A stretch of 64,000 nucleotides of DNA. Origin: Spirochaetia bacterium (GTDB lineage Bacteria > Spirochaetota > Spirochaetia > SZUA-6 > Bin103). The stretch's first letter is position 1, and every line of letters starts with the position of its first letter. Positions 39,450-49,469 of this stretch are shown here, in pieces. The notes below the pieces were generated by a model. It was not told the DNA's origin and searched no databases. It was given only the letters and a program-made list of their open reading frames with translations. A program made the translations under genes and the position numbers. The stretch spans positions 1,536,001 to 1,600,000 of the forward strand of contig CBDBOV010000006.1 in the NCBI GenBank assembly GCA_965208575.1. Reading direction: 5' to 3'.

Positions 39450-39699
39450 AGCCGGGTGATGCCGCCCACGCCGCGATCGGCGCGCAGGTTGCTGCGGAGC
39501 GCACGGAGCGAGGCGCCCCGGACAACTGCACCGAGGTGCGTTGCCCGGGGCAGGGTCATGACAATTCCCCACCGCCGGGACGGGGTAGGCGACGAGGTTG
39601 CGACACCGGAGCCGTCGGGATCGAACGGGGCGGAGGAGATGCTGTACCCCGCTGACGGACGGAGGGCGTAGCCCGACCGGAGTCAGCCGGCGCGGTGCC

Positions 39700-41271
39700 G
39701 TGGAGGCCACCGTGGACGACGCCGAGATGGCGGACCAGGCAGCCAAGCTGCTCGCTTCCGGGATGAGCGGCTCAGCCTGCGCTCGCGAACTCGGCATCCC
39801 GGTGAGCACCTTCAACGAGAACCGCCGCGCCGGCGTCATCACAGATCCCACCCGGGAGCCCGCCGCCAGCGCCGAGGTTGCGCCGGCGGCCACCACCACT
39901 GATCACCCGGTCAGCACCGCCGCCGCGGTCAGCGACCCGGCGGTCGCCACTGAGCGCGCCAGCCGCGACGCCCGCGACAAGCACGCGCCCATGGGCCGCG
40001 CGGCGCGCGACGTGGAACGCCGCACGCTCGCCAGAGCCGGCCTGCTGACCGAGGCCACACCAGCGTTCGTCGAGCCCGCCCACGCGGTCGCTGGCGGCGG
40101 CGTGCTGGCCGCACTGGCGATGCTGCTGCGCGAGGGCCTGCTCACCGCCGCCAACCGCCTGTTCCGCCTGCCGGCCGGATTCTACGGCCTGACCACCATC
40201 CTCCTGTTCGTCGCCTGCATGACCCTGGCCCGGGTGCGCAACCCCGAGAGCCTGCGCTACCAGGCACCCGGCGAGTGGGGCGCCATCCTCGGCCTCGACC
40301 GCTGTCCGGAGACCAAGACGCTGCGCCGCAAGATCAGGCTGCTGGCCAGCGCCGAGCACACCGTGCGCGATTGGCAATCGGTACTGGCGCGTACCTGGGC
40401 CAGCGAGCACGACGACGACTGGACGACGCTGGCCGTGGATGGCCACGTGAAGGTGTACACCGGGCGCAACGGGCGGTTGCCGAAACACTTCGTCGCACGC
40501 CAGAAGCTGTGTCTGCCGGCGTCGGTGAGCTACTGGATCAACGCCCTCGGCGGCGCACCGCTGCTGTGCCTGCACAAGGCGCTGGACCCGAAGCCGGTGA
40601 ATGCGATCAAGCACGACGTGGTGCCGCAGTTGCAGCACCTGGGGGTGGTGACCGAAGCGGCCCCCGACCTGACCGGAGCACCGGCCGGTACCCCGCAGCT
40701 GACCCTGGTGTTCGACCGCGAGGGCTGGAGCCCGGACCTGTTCAAGCGCCTGGCCCGGCGTGGCATCGCCTGCATCACCTGGCACAAGAACTTCAACGGC
40801 GCGGACTGGCTGCCGGAAGACTTCCACACCTTCGAGGTACCGATCCATGGTCCCGCCGGCACCAGCACGACTGCGGTTGATCTGGCCGAGCAGCCGATCA
40901 TGCTGCGCAACGGGCTGGTGGTGCGCCAGATCCGGCGGCGTCTGGCCAACGGTCGTCAGGTGGCGGTGATCACCACGCACCCGCAGATGCCGTTGGCGCA
41001 GGTCGCCGGCGCCATGTTCTCGCGCTGGTCGCAGGAGAACTTCTTCAAGTACCTGCGCGAGCAGTTCAACCTTGACGCGCTGCCGAGCCATGACCTTGCG
41101 CCGCCGGAGCCCGACGCACGGGTCGTGAACCGGTGCGCCGGGCCCTGGAAAAGAGCATCAGGCGGGTACGCAGCCGGCTGGCAGCGGTCCGCAATCGCCT
41201 CGCCGAGGCACTGCAGGGACGGCACCGGGACTCCGCCACCCGGCTTACGGTCGCGGATAAAGTTGCACTGA
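39700..41271 (+). pseudogene. Frameshifted, truncated DDE transposase (IS4-superfamily-like)
   Basis: 'LAVDGHVKVY', 'LVFDREG', 'RWSQENFFK'. Frameshift at ~41131 (continues 'RRALEKSIRRVRSRL') and break at ~41270. Confidence 0.8.
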
Positions 41272-41394
41272 ATTGCATGGTTATGCATAGACACGGGGGT
41301 ATCCAGACACCACCTCGTGTCGTGGAGGGGCCTTACAGCGCGGCTGAGGCGACGTTTTCTCATCGCTGACCGCCCATTCTCCGATTATCGACCG

Positions 41395-42687
41395 TCAGAC
41401 CCGCCTGAGAGGGTCATTTTGCCGTGGACCGCTGCCACCACGCTCCTCGCTCGGTGTTTGCACCGTGCTTGGTGCGGCCTTGGCGGTCTTGCTGACGTTC
41501 AGCTGCAGCAGATCCTCGGTCAACCTGGTCAGCTCGCGCTTGAGGGCGACCGGATTCAACGTCGCGTACTGCTGCTTGAGGCGGTTCTTCACCTTCTCGC
41601 TCACCGACTCGGAGGCCAGCATGCGGTGATACGGCGTCTGCGGGTCGTCATAGATGCGGCGCACCTTGCTGCCGGTGCGGGTTTTCTTCACCAGCTTCAC
41701 CGAGGGATAGAAGAAGTTCACCAGCAGGCACAGCGGGCGGTATATCGCGTTGAGGGCAGCCAGTTCCCGGTCGGTGTCGTAACGCAGGTGGCCGACCGCC
41801 CGTCGCACCACGTGGCCATTCTTCTGCTCGACGTAGCAGGTGTCGTTCTTGCGATGCGGGCGACCCCGAGTGAACGTGATGCCGTGCGCTTCGCAATAGC
41901 GCAGCAAATGATGATTGATGAACTCGCTGCCGTTGTCGGTGTCGATCCCCCGCATCACGATCGGCAGGCTCTGCCGGGCAGCGTCGATCGCCTCGTGGGT
42001 CCAGCGCTGCGCCTTGTTCTGCACGCCGTACAGGTCGACCCAGCCGGTGTCAACGTCGGTGATGGTGAGCGTGTGGCAGAAGTCGCCTGACGCGTTGCCG
42101 CCTTCATGGCCCACCAAGTCGATCTCGAAGAAGCCCGGCTCCTGCTCGTCCCAGTCAGCGAAGGTTCGGATCGCGATCTGATCCTTCAGGAGGGTGCCCG
42201 GCTTGGTGTGCGTGCGACCCTTCAGGCGCAGCCGTGCGCGCTCCTGCTGCAGCAGCCGGTCGATGGTCGCGGCGCTGATGGTCTGCAGCTTGCCGCGCAC
42301 CGCTGCGGTCAGCTCGATCTCGCCGAACGACTCCAGCGTCGGCAGCATGGTGCGCAGCACGACCACCAGGCGCTTGCCGCACATGCAGTCGAACACGTAC
42401 CAGATCAGCTTCAGAGCGACCAGCACCTCCTGGTCGTAGCGCCGCGGTCGCACGCGGCGCTGGGCAGGCCGCGGACGCCCGACCACCAGCTTCACCAGTG
42501 TGCCGTCGACTCGCACCATGCGGGTCCGTCCCCACCAGGTCAACAGATGGATCGCGTACTTGCGCTGGTACCCGGTCGACTCGACGAACTCGTCGAGTAT
42601 GCGCCCCTTCTCCTTCTTGCCCGCCCGACGATACCGCTGCGCGTGCTGCTCGGTGAGCTCTCGCCTTGAACTCATCTTCAACCCCAT
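41395..42687 (-). CDS. DDE transposase with integrase-core (rve) domain
   Basis: 'EIDLVGH', 'DTDNGSEF', 'KNDTCYVEQKN', 'QTPYHR'; GGAGG upstream. Confidence 0.9.
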   Translation of the reverse strand: MGLKMSSRRELTEQHAQRYRRAGKKEKGRILDEFVESTGYQRKYAIHLLTWWGRTRMVRVDGTLVKLVVGRPRPAQRRVRPRRYDQEVLVALKLIWYVFDCMCGKRLVVVLRTMLPTLESFGEIELTAAVRGKLQTISAATIDRLLQQERARLRLKGRTHTKPGTLLKDQIAIRTFADWDEQEPGFFEIDLVGHEGGNASGDFCHTLTITDVDTGWVDLYGVQNKAQRWTHEAIDAARQSLPIVMRGIDTDNGSEFINHHLLRYCEAHGITFTRGRPHRKNDTCYVEQKNGHVVRRAVGHLRYDTDRELAALNAIYRPLCLLVNFFYPSVKLVKKTRTGSKVRRIYDDPQTPYHRMLASESVSEKVKNRLKQQYATLNPVALKRELTRLTEDLLQLNVSKTAKAAPSTVQTPSEERGGSGPRQNDPLRRV

Positions 42688-42865
42688 CTCCTCCGGAACC
42701 TCCTCACGTCCCTCGGAGAGGCTCCAACCGGACCCGGAAGGTCCAGCCCGTTCGGTTAGATTTTTAGATGAGGCATGCTTTCGCTACGGTTAGATTTTCG
42801 ATGAGTCAATGCGGCCACTGGACTCCAAGAGCAAAGGGCGGTACGCTCAGTCCGCAACCGAGTTC

Positions 42866-43711
42866 ATGGCGAGAACAGTCAGTCTCATAAACATGAAGGG
42901 TGGCGTTGGCAAGACGACCATCGCGGCGCAGTTGGCACGCTCGGCGCGGAACGACGGGTATCGGGTCTTGGCAGTTGATCTGGATCCGCAGTCGAACCTG
43001 AGCCAAGCCCTGATGGGCCCCCAGCGCTACGTTCGTCATCTCAGGAACGAACGTCCGACAGTTGCACAGGTGTTCGACGACTACGTACCTTCGCAGCGTA
43101 CATCGGGCGCACCGCGCCCGCTAGATATCCGCGACGTGATAGTCCATCTGAGTCACAAAGAGCAGAGTCCCTTGGATCTGATCCCATCACGTCTAGAACT
43201 GAGTAGAACTCTCAAGAATCCTACTGGCAAGGAGCGCCGGCTTGCATAGTGCATCGCACAGGTGAGCGAACAGTATGATTTGATACTCATCGATTGCGCT
43301 CCGACCGAGTCTATCTTGACGGACGCCGCCTACTTCTCGACCCGGTACGTAGTTGTACCCACCAAGCCCGAGTTTGTGGCCACTATTGGCTTGCCGTTGT
43401 TGGCTAGATCTGTACAAGAGTTCGGAACGGAAAACGAAGATCACAAGATCGAAATCGCTGGTCTTTGCTTCGTCGAGTCTTCCTACTACAGCACCGGACC
43501 CGAAGCGACAACCTCAAAAGAAGACGTGACCAGCATCGCCGCTCAATATGGCTGGCATGTGTTCGAAACGGAACTCCGCCACTCCGCATCCTATCCGCGC
43601 GCTTCACGCGAAGCTACCTCGCTCTGGGGTACTCCCCATGTCCGATGGGAGGTTTGCCAGGAGTTTGATCGGTTTAAGGACGAAGTGTTTCGCGCGGTTG
43701 GTCTTGCATGA
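42866..43711 (+). pseudogene. ParA/Soj-family ATPase interrupted by an in-frame TAG (43247-43249)
   Basis: KGGVGKTT, 'DLDPQSN', 'LIPSRLEL', then 'ERRLA*CIAQVSEQYDLILIDCAP' in one frame. Confidence 0.85.
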
Positions 43712-44289
43712 GAGCTGCTCGGGGCTCGGTCAACGCTCTTCTCGATCTTGAGTTGCGTGTTCTGGTTGCACGGCACGGACACAAGAGAGTTAGTGAAACT
43801 CTGTCACGCATCGGAGAGGTGGATCCGTCGGCGCTCGTATCGGTTGCTGCTGCGCTTGACGCTACTGAAAACAAGAAGCCGGCGAGCCGGAAGAGCCCCC
43901 GAGCTGTCAAGTCCGTTGACGAACTGATCTGCGACCTGGATCCGGTCGCCCCCGCCGTTCGAGAGCTACTCGGGAAACTCGGACATGCTTACGAAGCCAA
44001 GACATTCCTCCCGGCTCTGCGACTGGTGAGGAGCTTTCTGGAGAGTAGGGGTGAGGTTGGGTCGCGGCTTCGATCCCGGCGTGATGCACTGCCCGCGGTC
44101 TTGAGGGCCCTGTCGCGGCTGCCTATGGAGGAGCTCCGGTTGATTGACATCGAGCGCCTCGACACGAGAAGTGATCTTGGAATCATAGCCGACCAGATTC
44201 TTGGCCCCCCTGTGGGGAAACCGACGAATACCGCGACCGCGACCGCGGGTGCCGGTGCGCGGACAAGTAACGAAGCAACGGAGAGTTAG
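43708..44289 (+). CDS. Hypothetical protein coupled to ParA
   Basis: 193-aa ORF with ATGA overlap to the ParA stop; no ParB motif recognised. Confidence 0.7.
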   Translation: MRAARGSVNALLDLELRVLVARHGHKRVSETLSRIGEVDPSALVSVAAALDATENKKPASRKSPRAVKSVDELICDLDPVAPAVRELLGKLGHAYEAKTFLPALRLVRSFLESRGEVGSRLRSRRDALPAVLRALSRLPMEELRLIDIERLDTRSDLGIIADQILGPPVGKPTNTATATAGAGARTSNEATES

Positions 44290-44365
44290 ACCCCGACAGG
44301 CGGGACCATCGAGACTGTCCTGAGTCGTTGCCTAAGGTGTGGCTTGTAGGCGACTCTAATGGGGG

Positions 44366-45403
44366 ATGTCCGTACCCACTACCGAATCGCCGCTGGTGCG
44401 GCGGTTGCTGGCCAGGATCGAACGGGCCGTGACCACGCCGCTGCCGCCGGCCGGCCTGGCGCTGGACGGCGCTGCCGCTCTGGCAGCGGAGATCGAAGCG
44501 CCCGGCCGTGACCTGCTCGCGCTGGGCGGCAAGCGCTGGCGGCCGCTGCTGCTGGCGCTGAGTTGCCGGATGTGCGGCGGGCGGGAGGATGCGGCCGTTG
44601 CGCTGGCGCCGGTGGTGGAGCTGGCGCACAACGGCAGCCTGATCATCGACGACATCGAGGACGGCGCCGACCTGCGCCGCGGCGCCCCGGCCGCGCACCT
44701 GCGCCACGGCCTGGACCTGGCGATCAACGCCGGCAACCTGCTGTACTTTCTGCCGTCCGGCTACCTGGCGGCGGCCGGGCTCGATACCGCCGTCGAGCTG
44801 CAGGTGCACCGGCTGTACGGGAAGGCGATGCTGCGCCTGCATTACGGGCAGGGGCTGGACATCCTCTGGCACCGGCAGCCGGACCGCATACCGGCGATAC
44901 ACGAGTACTTCGCCATGTGCCGGGCCAAGTCGGGGTCGCTGGCCGGCCTGGCGACCGCGCTCGGGGCGGCCGCGGCGCGCGCGCCGTCCGCGGTCACAGT
45001 CCTGCTCGGCGAGGCGGGCGAAGAGTTCGGCGTGTGCTTCCAGATCGTCGACGACGTGCGCAACCTCACCACCGGCAACCCCGGCAAGCGCCGCGGCGAC
45101 GACCTGGTGGAGGGCAAGAAGAGCCTGCCGGTCATCCTGTACTGCAACCGCGACGACGCCGCCCGGCGGCGCATGGTGGCGCTGCTCGCGGCCTGCTCGG
45201 CGGCGGACTCGGTGGAGGCATCCGGCGGCGCCGTGGAGGAGGCCATTGCCCTGATGGAAGGCGCCGGTGTGATCGCGGAGGCGCACGGCATAGCGCGGCA
45301 GCAGTATAGGGAGGTGGTAACAAGACTGGAGACGCACTCTGGGCTCGCCACCGGCGACGGCTGGGCGGCTCTGCGCGACCTCACGAGCGCGCTCATCGGC
45401 TGA
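44366..45403 (+). CDS. Polyprenyl (isoprenyl) diphosphate synthase
   Basis: 'GGKRWRP', FARM 'LIIDDIED...LRRG', 'GQGLD', SARM 'FQIVDD', 'DLVEGKKS'. Confidence 0.93.
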   Translation: MSVPTTESPLVRRLLARIERAVTTPLPPAGLALDGAAALAAEIEAPGRDLLALGGKRWRPLLLALSCRMCGGREDAAVALAPVVELAHNGSLIIDDIEDGADLRRGAPAAHLRHGLDLAINAGNLLYFLPSGYLAAAGLDTAVELQVHRLYGKAMLRLHYGQGLDILWHRQPDRIPAIHEYFAMCRAKSGSLAGLATALGAAAARAPSAVTVLLGEAGEEFGVCFQIVDDVRNLTTGNPGKRRGDDLVEGKKSLPVILYCNRDDAARRRMVALLAACSAADSVEASGGAVEEAIALMEGAGVIAEAHGIARQQYREVVTRLETHSGLATGDGWAALRDLTSALIG

Positions 45404-46596
45404 CCGGCAGCCCGTCCCTGCCGGAATTGGCGTGCCGGTCGCCGAGCCTCTTCGTTTCCACGTAAGCAGGTCAGCTCCAGCCCTCGTCTGTGTGCGTCAT
45501 CTCTACTGGCTGACTGCGAGTGACCTCGTGTTCCACCAAGTGCGCTTCGACGACTGCTCCAGAACGGAGCATTGGGCCAGCGAGCAACGCGACGGTAAAC
45601 ATCCAAGCGCTCTTTGAGGTACTTGTCACGTGTTCTTGCGAGTGAAGCAGCGTAGATATCGAGCGCACGGGTGTCGCCCACCAAGTACGCGCATATGGTC
45701 TCCGCGGCGTGGATTCCTCCTTCCAGCGCAGTTTCGATACCAGCAGAGGAAAGCGGATCGCGTGCCAACGCCGAATCCCCGACGCATAGGAATCCCCGTC
45801 GCTTCGCGTTATCGAGAGCCTGGCTCTTCGCATCCACGACATGGCGAGAGACCTGAGTGCCGGCCCGCTTGATGCGGGCTTGAGTGTGTGGGCACGAAGC
45901 GATTCTAGACGACCGACTTCGCGATCTGAGCAAAGGCGCGTCCGTCATGAATGCCGTGATGAGTCTGTGGTCTCGTAAGACGACAGAGTACCACCATCCA
46001 TCCTCATGTGCCTCAACGAGCACGGATTGGTCGACGATGTCCGATCCTGGCGCGAATTGTGTAACCTCGGCAACCAATCGGTCGTATTTCACGAGTTCGA
46101 GCCCCAGCATACGTGCCGCCGACGCGCGTCGCCCGCTTGCGTCGACCAGCGCACTGGCGTGGTACTGGTTGTCATTCAAGTCGAGCCGCCATCCGCCACC
46201 AACCCTCGTGACTCGTGTGCAGGGTTTTCCGGTCGTCACAACAGCTCCGCGCTCTCGTGCTACCGAAAGCATGAGGCGGTCGAACGAGGGGCGCGAGACA
46301 TTCCACCCGTGTCGGTGAGGATGAAACAGATAATCGCGCCATGAGAGTTGAGGTTCTTCCCACGCGCAAGCGACTCCTGGGCACTCCTGGTGTCCGTCGC
46401 GGTACATCGTGTCCAGCAGGTCCAGCCTCGCCAGCGCAGCCGTGGCACCGGGAGAGATGTGCTCGCCCGGGCGCGGCTGCTCATAGTCACTGCGCTCAAT
46501 GACCAGGACCGATGCACCCGTCCTGGATGCTTCAATTGCGGTGGCAAGACCGGCCGGACCTCCTCCCACGATCGCTATATCGAAAAGGCGACTCAC
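44842..46596 (-). CDS. LodB/GoxB-like FAD-dependent maturation oxidoreductase (conserved part ends at ~45545)
   Basis: GGGPAG, 'DASGR', 'DGWWY', 'GDSALARDPLSSAG', terminal 'RWPNAPFW'; ATGA-coupled to the lodA-like gene. Confidence 0.85.
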   Translation of the reverse strand: MSRLFDIAIVGGGPAGLATAIEASRTGASVLVIERSDYEQPRPGEHISPGATAALARLDLLDTMYRDGHQECPGVACAWEEPQLSWRDYLFHPHRHGWNVSRPSFDRLMLSVARERGAVVTTGKPCTRVTRVGGGWRLDLNDNQYHASALVDASGRRASAARMLGLELVKYDRLVAEVTQFAPGSDIVDQSVLVEAHEDGWWYSVVLRDHRLITAFMTDAPLLRSRSRSSRIASCPHTQARIKRAGTQVSRHVVDAKSQALDNAKRRGFLCVGDSALARDPLSSAGIETALEGGIHAAETICAYLVGDTRALDIYAASLARTRDKYLKERLDVYRRVARWPNAPFWSSRRSALGGTRGHSQSASRDDAHRRGLELTCLRGNEEARRPARQFRQGRAAGQPMSALVRSRRAAQPSPVASPECVSSLVTTSLYCCRAMPCASAITPAPSIRAMASSTAPPDASTESAAEQAASSATMRRRAASSRLQYRMTGRLFLPSTRSSPRRLPGLPVVRLRTSSTIWKHTPNSSPASPSRTVTADGARAAAAPSAVARPASDPDLARHMAKYSCIAGMRSGCRCQRMSSPCP

Positions 46597-48089
46597 TCGG
46601 GTTCCAACTGCATGTACTCGTCGCCAACGCGGACGATGAAGCCGAGTTCGCGCCAGCGATTCACCATCGCGTGATTACTGTTCCAGGTGACCCAGTAATG
46701 AGTCATCCGCTGCCCATTTACGAGGCGCCGCACTTCGTTCGGGCGTTGCGAGGGCCACCAGCCTGTTCCGCACGCTTGGAAATCTGCCTGCCAGGGGAGT
46801 GCATTACCAATGGTCAGGTGTCCGACGGGTATCGCGTCCTTGACACGAAACGGAGTATCGAAGGTCACCGGATCAGTAAGCACATTCCAGGTTTCGATTC
46901 CCGGATACCATGGCCCACCAGTCGCTCCTTCGAGTGCTGCCCTGTCGAGGGCAGCAGGCTGCTCCGCGACTGGAAGGGTATCCACCGGCCCTGACGTCGA
47001 CGGAATGCCGGTCGTAAACCGCCCGAGGCTCCACTGTCGCATCAGCTCGTACATGTGGGGTGTCACCGAGAATCCGTCATTCAGTTTCGGCATGTCCCGT
47101 TGACTCGGGCGCAGGTTCGGGTCTTCGCGGTAGATCGTCGGTGGTGCGGAGTTGTTGGGCGTCCGCATTCGCAAAAAGACGGTCCGTCTCCGCTGGTATG
47201 CGTTGGACGTGGGACTGGAATCATTGTCGGAGAGGACCATGATGTGGTTTTGGTCTGTGAATTGACCGGGCCGCGTCGTACCGTGCCCATACTGGGCGAT
47301 CGCGCTAACCCAAGAGAGACCGACCGTCCTGCGCAACAGCGGCAGGATGTCATCATGAAAAGTAGGCAGCCGTTCGGGCGGCCAGAGTGAATTATCAAGT
47401 TCTATGGCAGCCTGGAATACGGCATCATAGAGCGTAACTACGTTTTCGATTCCGGGAGCGAACCCCGGTGGACCACACAGAACCCGTGCATTCATCGTCG
47501 TCTGAATCGGAGTGCCGCCGTCGAAGGTGACCGTCGCCGACACCACGCCATCGGACGTGTCGTCATACCAGCCGTCGTTGTTGGCAAAATGCAGGTCTGT
47601 ACCACTCCTTGGCACCGGGCCATCGGATTGTCCGTATCCACCGAGGACAGTAAGTCGTCCATCGTCATCTGCAATCGCAGCTCCCAATACGACTTTCTTG
47701 TTCCGAAGACGGAACTCGCCTTCGAGAACGCGCCGACCTGCCGGTGAGACATCCTGCGTTCGAGAGTCGATAATCAGGTCTCGAACCGGCACGCCGACGT
47801 TGCGCGGTAGGGCCGGTCCATGCGCCTTACGGAGTGCCGCCTTGTGATTTGCAAGCTGCACGTGCCACTTAATCTGAGCGTCGGACGCCGTAATCTCGCG
47901 GATTGGAGATCCATGCTCGTACTCGTATATTCGAAACCGTTGCCCCTGCTTCTTGATGCGGCCTGTCTGGTCCCGGTAGCTATTCCCCTCGTTGGCAATC
48001 TCTCCGGGAGTCTCCGGTGTGAGGTAGTATTCGTCACTTTCACCCACGCGGGCCAGACCGATTGCCGGGTGGATCCAGTATCCCTTCAC
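46593..48089 (-). CDS. LodA/GoxA-family CTQ-dependent amino-acid oxidase
   Basis: 'IHPAIGLARVG', 'VQLANHKA', 'NNDGWYDDTSDG', 'PGIE', 'PWQADFQAC', 'WWPSQRP', 'WRELGF'; GGAGG RBS before GTG 48089. Confidence 0.9.
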   Translation of the reverse strand: MKGYWIHPAIGLARVGESDEYYLTPETPGEIANEGNSYRDQTGRIKKQGQRFRIYEYEHGSPIREITASDAQIKWHVQLANHKAALRKAHGPALPRNVGVPVRDLIIDSRTQDVSPAGRRVLEGEFRLRNKKVVLGAAIADDDGRLTVLGGYGQSDGPVPRSGTDLHFANNDGWYDDTSDGVVSATVTFDGGTPIQTTMNARVLCGPPGFAPGIENVVTLYDAVFQAAIELDNSLWPPERLPTFHDDILPLLRRTVGLSWVSAIAQYGHGTTRPGQFTDQNHIMVLSDNDSSPTSNAYQRRRTVFLRMRTPNNSAPPTIYREDPNLRPSQRDMPKLNDGFSVTPHMYELMRQWSLGRFTTGIPSTSGPVDTLPVAEQPAALDRAALEGATGGPWYPGIETWNVLTDPVTFDTPFRVKDAIPVGHLTIGNALPWQADFQACGTGWWPSQRPNEVRRLVNGQRMTHYWVTWNSNHAMVNRWRELGFIVRVGDEYMQLEPE

Positions 48090-48268
48090 TCTGAGATCCT
48101 CCGATTCGATCAGGATAGCACAAGTGTGCTTTGCTCGAATACGGTTGAGCAAGCGCGCCTTCGCGCCGCGGCGTCTGCTGTGTCTGCGCCCGACGCTTGC
48201 CGGCAGCGGCGGCCGCCGCCATACTGGCGCGTACCCGGCGCTACCGCGCCCCACTGGACATCACCCGC

Positions 48269-49372
48269 ATGGCTACCGCAGTCGCGCCGGCGCCGCCGGC
48301 TCCGAGCGCTCCCCTGGAGCATGACTGGACCGCCAACCGGCAGATTCGCTGGTACCGGTCGCCGATTCCGATGGCGCAGCTCCGCGCCCTGTCGCACCGC
48401 CGCAACCTGCGCCCGCTGCTGCACGTCCTCGGGTTCATCGCGCTGCTGACCGCCACCGGCACCGCGGTGGTGCTCACCCACCGCCACCTGAGCTGGCCGT
48501 GGTTGATCCCGGCGCTGTTCCTGCACGGCACGGTGTTCCGCACCCTGCAGCATTCGCGCCACGAGCTGTCGCACCGCACCGTGTTCCGCTCGCGGCTCCT
48601 TAACGAACTGTTCCTGCGGCTGTTCTCGTTCCTGCAGTGGTCGAGCCCGGATTTCTTCCGCGCCAGCCACGTGCGCCATCACCAGTACACGGTGCACGAC
48701 GAGCTCGACCGCGAGGTGCAGCTCCCGCGTCCGTTCCGGCCACTGCAGTGGCTGTTCCGTTTCGTCGCCGCGGTGCCTAACTGCGTGGCCGAGATCAGGC
48801 TCCTGGTGCGCTGGAGCTTCGGGCGTCTTGCCGGCGATGGACGGCCGGGCGACGGCGGCGGCGTGACCTGGGAACAGCACTGCTTCGCCGACCGGCCGGT
48901 GGGCCAGGGTGATGCGGCCAAGCGCCGCGCGCTGTTCGGGTGGGCGCGCATCGTGCTGCTCGGCCACCTGGCCCTGGCGGTGGCGTTCATCGCCTCAGGT
49001 GCCTGGATCATGCTGCTGGTGGTGACCTTCGCCCGCTATCTGGCGCCGTGGCTGAGCTATCTGTTCGTGGAGACGCAGCATGCCGGCCTGCCGGCGAACA
49101 CCCCCGACCACCGCGTGTGCTGCCGCACCGTGCTGCTCGGGCCGGTGACGCGCTTCCTGTACTGGCACATGAACTTCCACATCGAGCACCACATGTTTCC
49201 GAGCGTGCCGTTCTACAACCTGCGCCGGCTGCGCGCGGCGATCGCCGCCGACCTGCCGCCGGCGCCGCGCGGCCTGGTGCGCGCCTGGGCGCAGATGCTG
49301 CCCGTGCTGTGGCGCCAGCGCCGCGACGCCGGCTGCGCAATGATTCCCCCGCTGCCGGCACACCCCTCCTGA
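48269..49372 (+). CDS. Membrane fatty-acid desaturase family protein
   Basis: His boxes HELSH, HVRHH and HIEHH(MFP); transmembrane helices. Confidence 0.88.
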   Translation: MATAVAPAPPAPSAPLEHDWTANRQIRWYRSPIPMAQLRALSHRRNLRPLLHVLGFIALLTATGTAVVLTHRHLSWPWLIPALFLHGTVFRTLQHSRHELSHRTVFRSRLLNELFLRLFSFLQWSSPDFFRASHVRHHQYTVHDELDREVQLPRPFRPLQWLFRFVAAVPNCVAEIRLLVRWSFGRLAGDGRPGDGGGVTWEQHCFADRPVGQGDAAKRRALFGWARIVLLGHLALAVAFIASGAWIMLLVVTFARYLAPWLSYLFVETQHAGLPANTPDHRVCCRTVLLGPVTRFLYWHMNFHIEHHMFPSVPFYNLRRLRAAIAADLPPAPRGLVRAWAQMLPVLWRQRRDAGCAMIPPLPAHPS

Positions 49373-49469
49373 CGGCCGCCGGCCGGCCGCCGCCTGGGCC
49401 GGGCCGGCGGGGCCCGCAGGGCGCCGGCAGGTTTGCCTCCGCCTCGCGTGGCCGGGTACTCTTTGCGTG

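Larger units (their letters stand above)
39025..42808. mobile_element. Composite/chimeric IS region bounded by inverted ends with doubled ~22-bp motifs
   Basis: TGCCTCACGTAA(A/G)AATCTAACC twice (39025-39080) and the inverted GGTTAGATTTT...ATGAG(G/T)CA twice (42754-42808). TG...CA termini; no target duplication seen. Confidence 0.8.

Noticed and set aside
43247-43249. Possible stop-codon recoding (pyrrolysine or amber reassignment)
   Set aside because: TAG terminates many ordinary genes here and no pyl genes are present, so mutation or sequencing error is more likely.
44366-49372. Polyprenyl synthase, lodAB and desaturase as one biosynthetic cluster
   Set aside because: lodAB is on the opposite strand with different composition and looks inserted; there is no evidence of a shared pathway.
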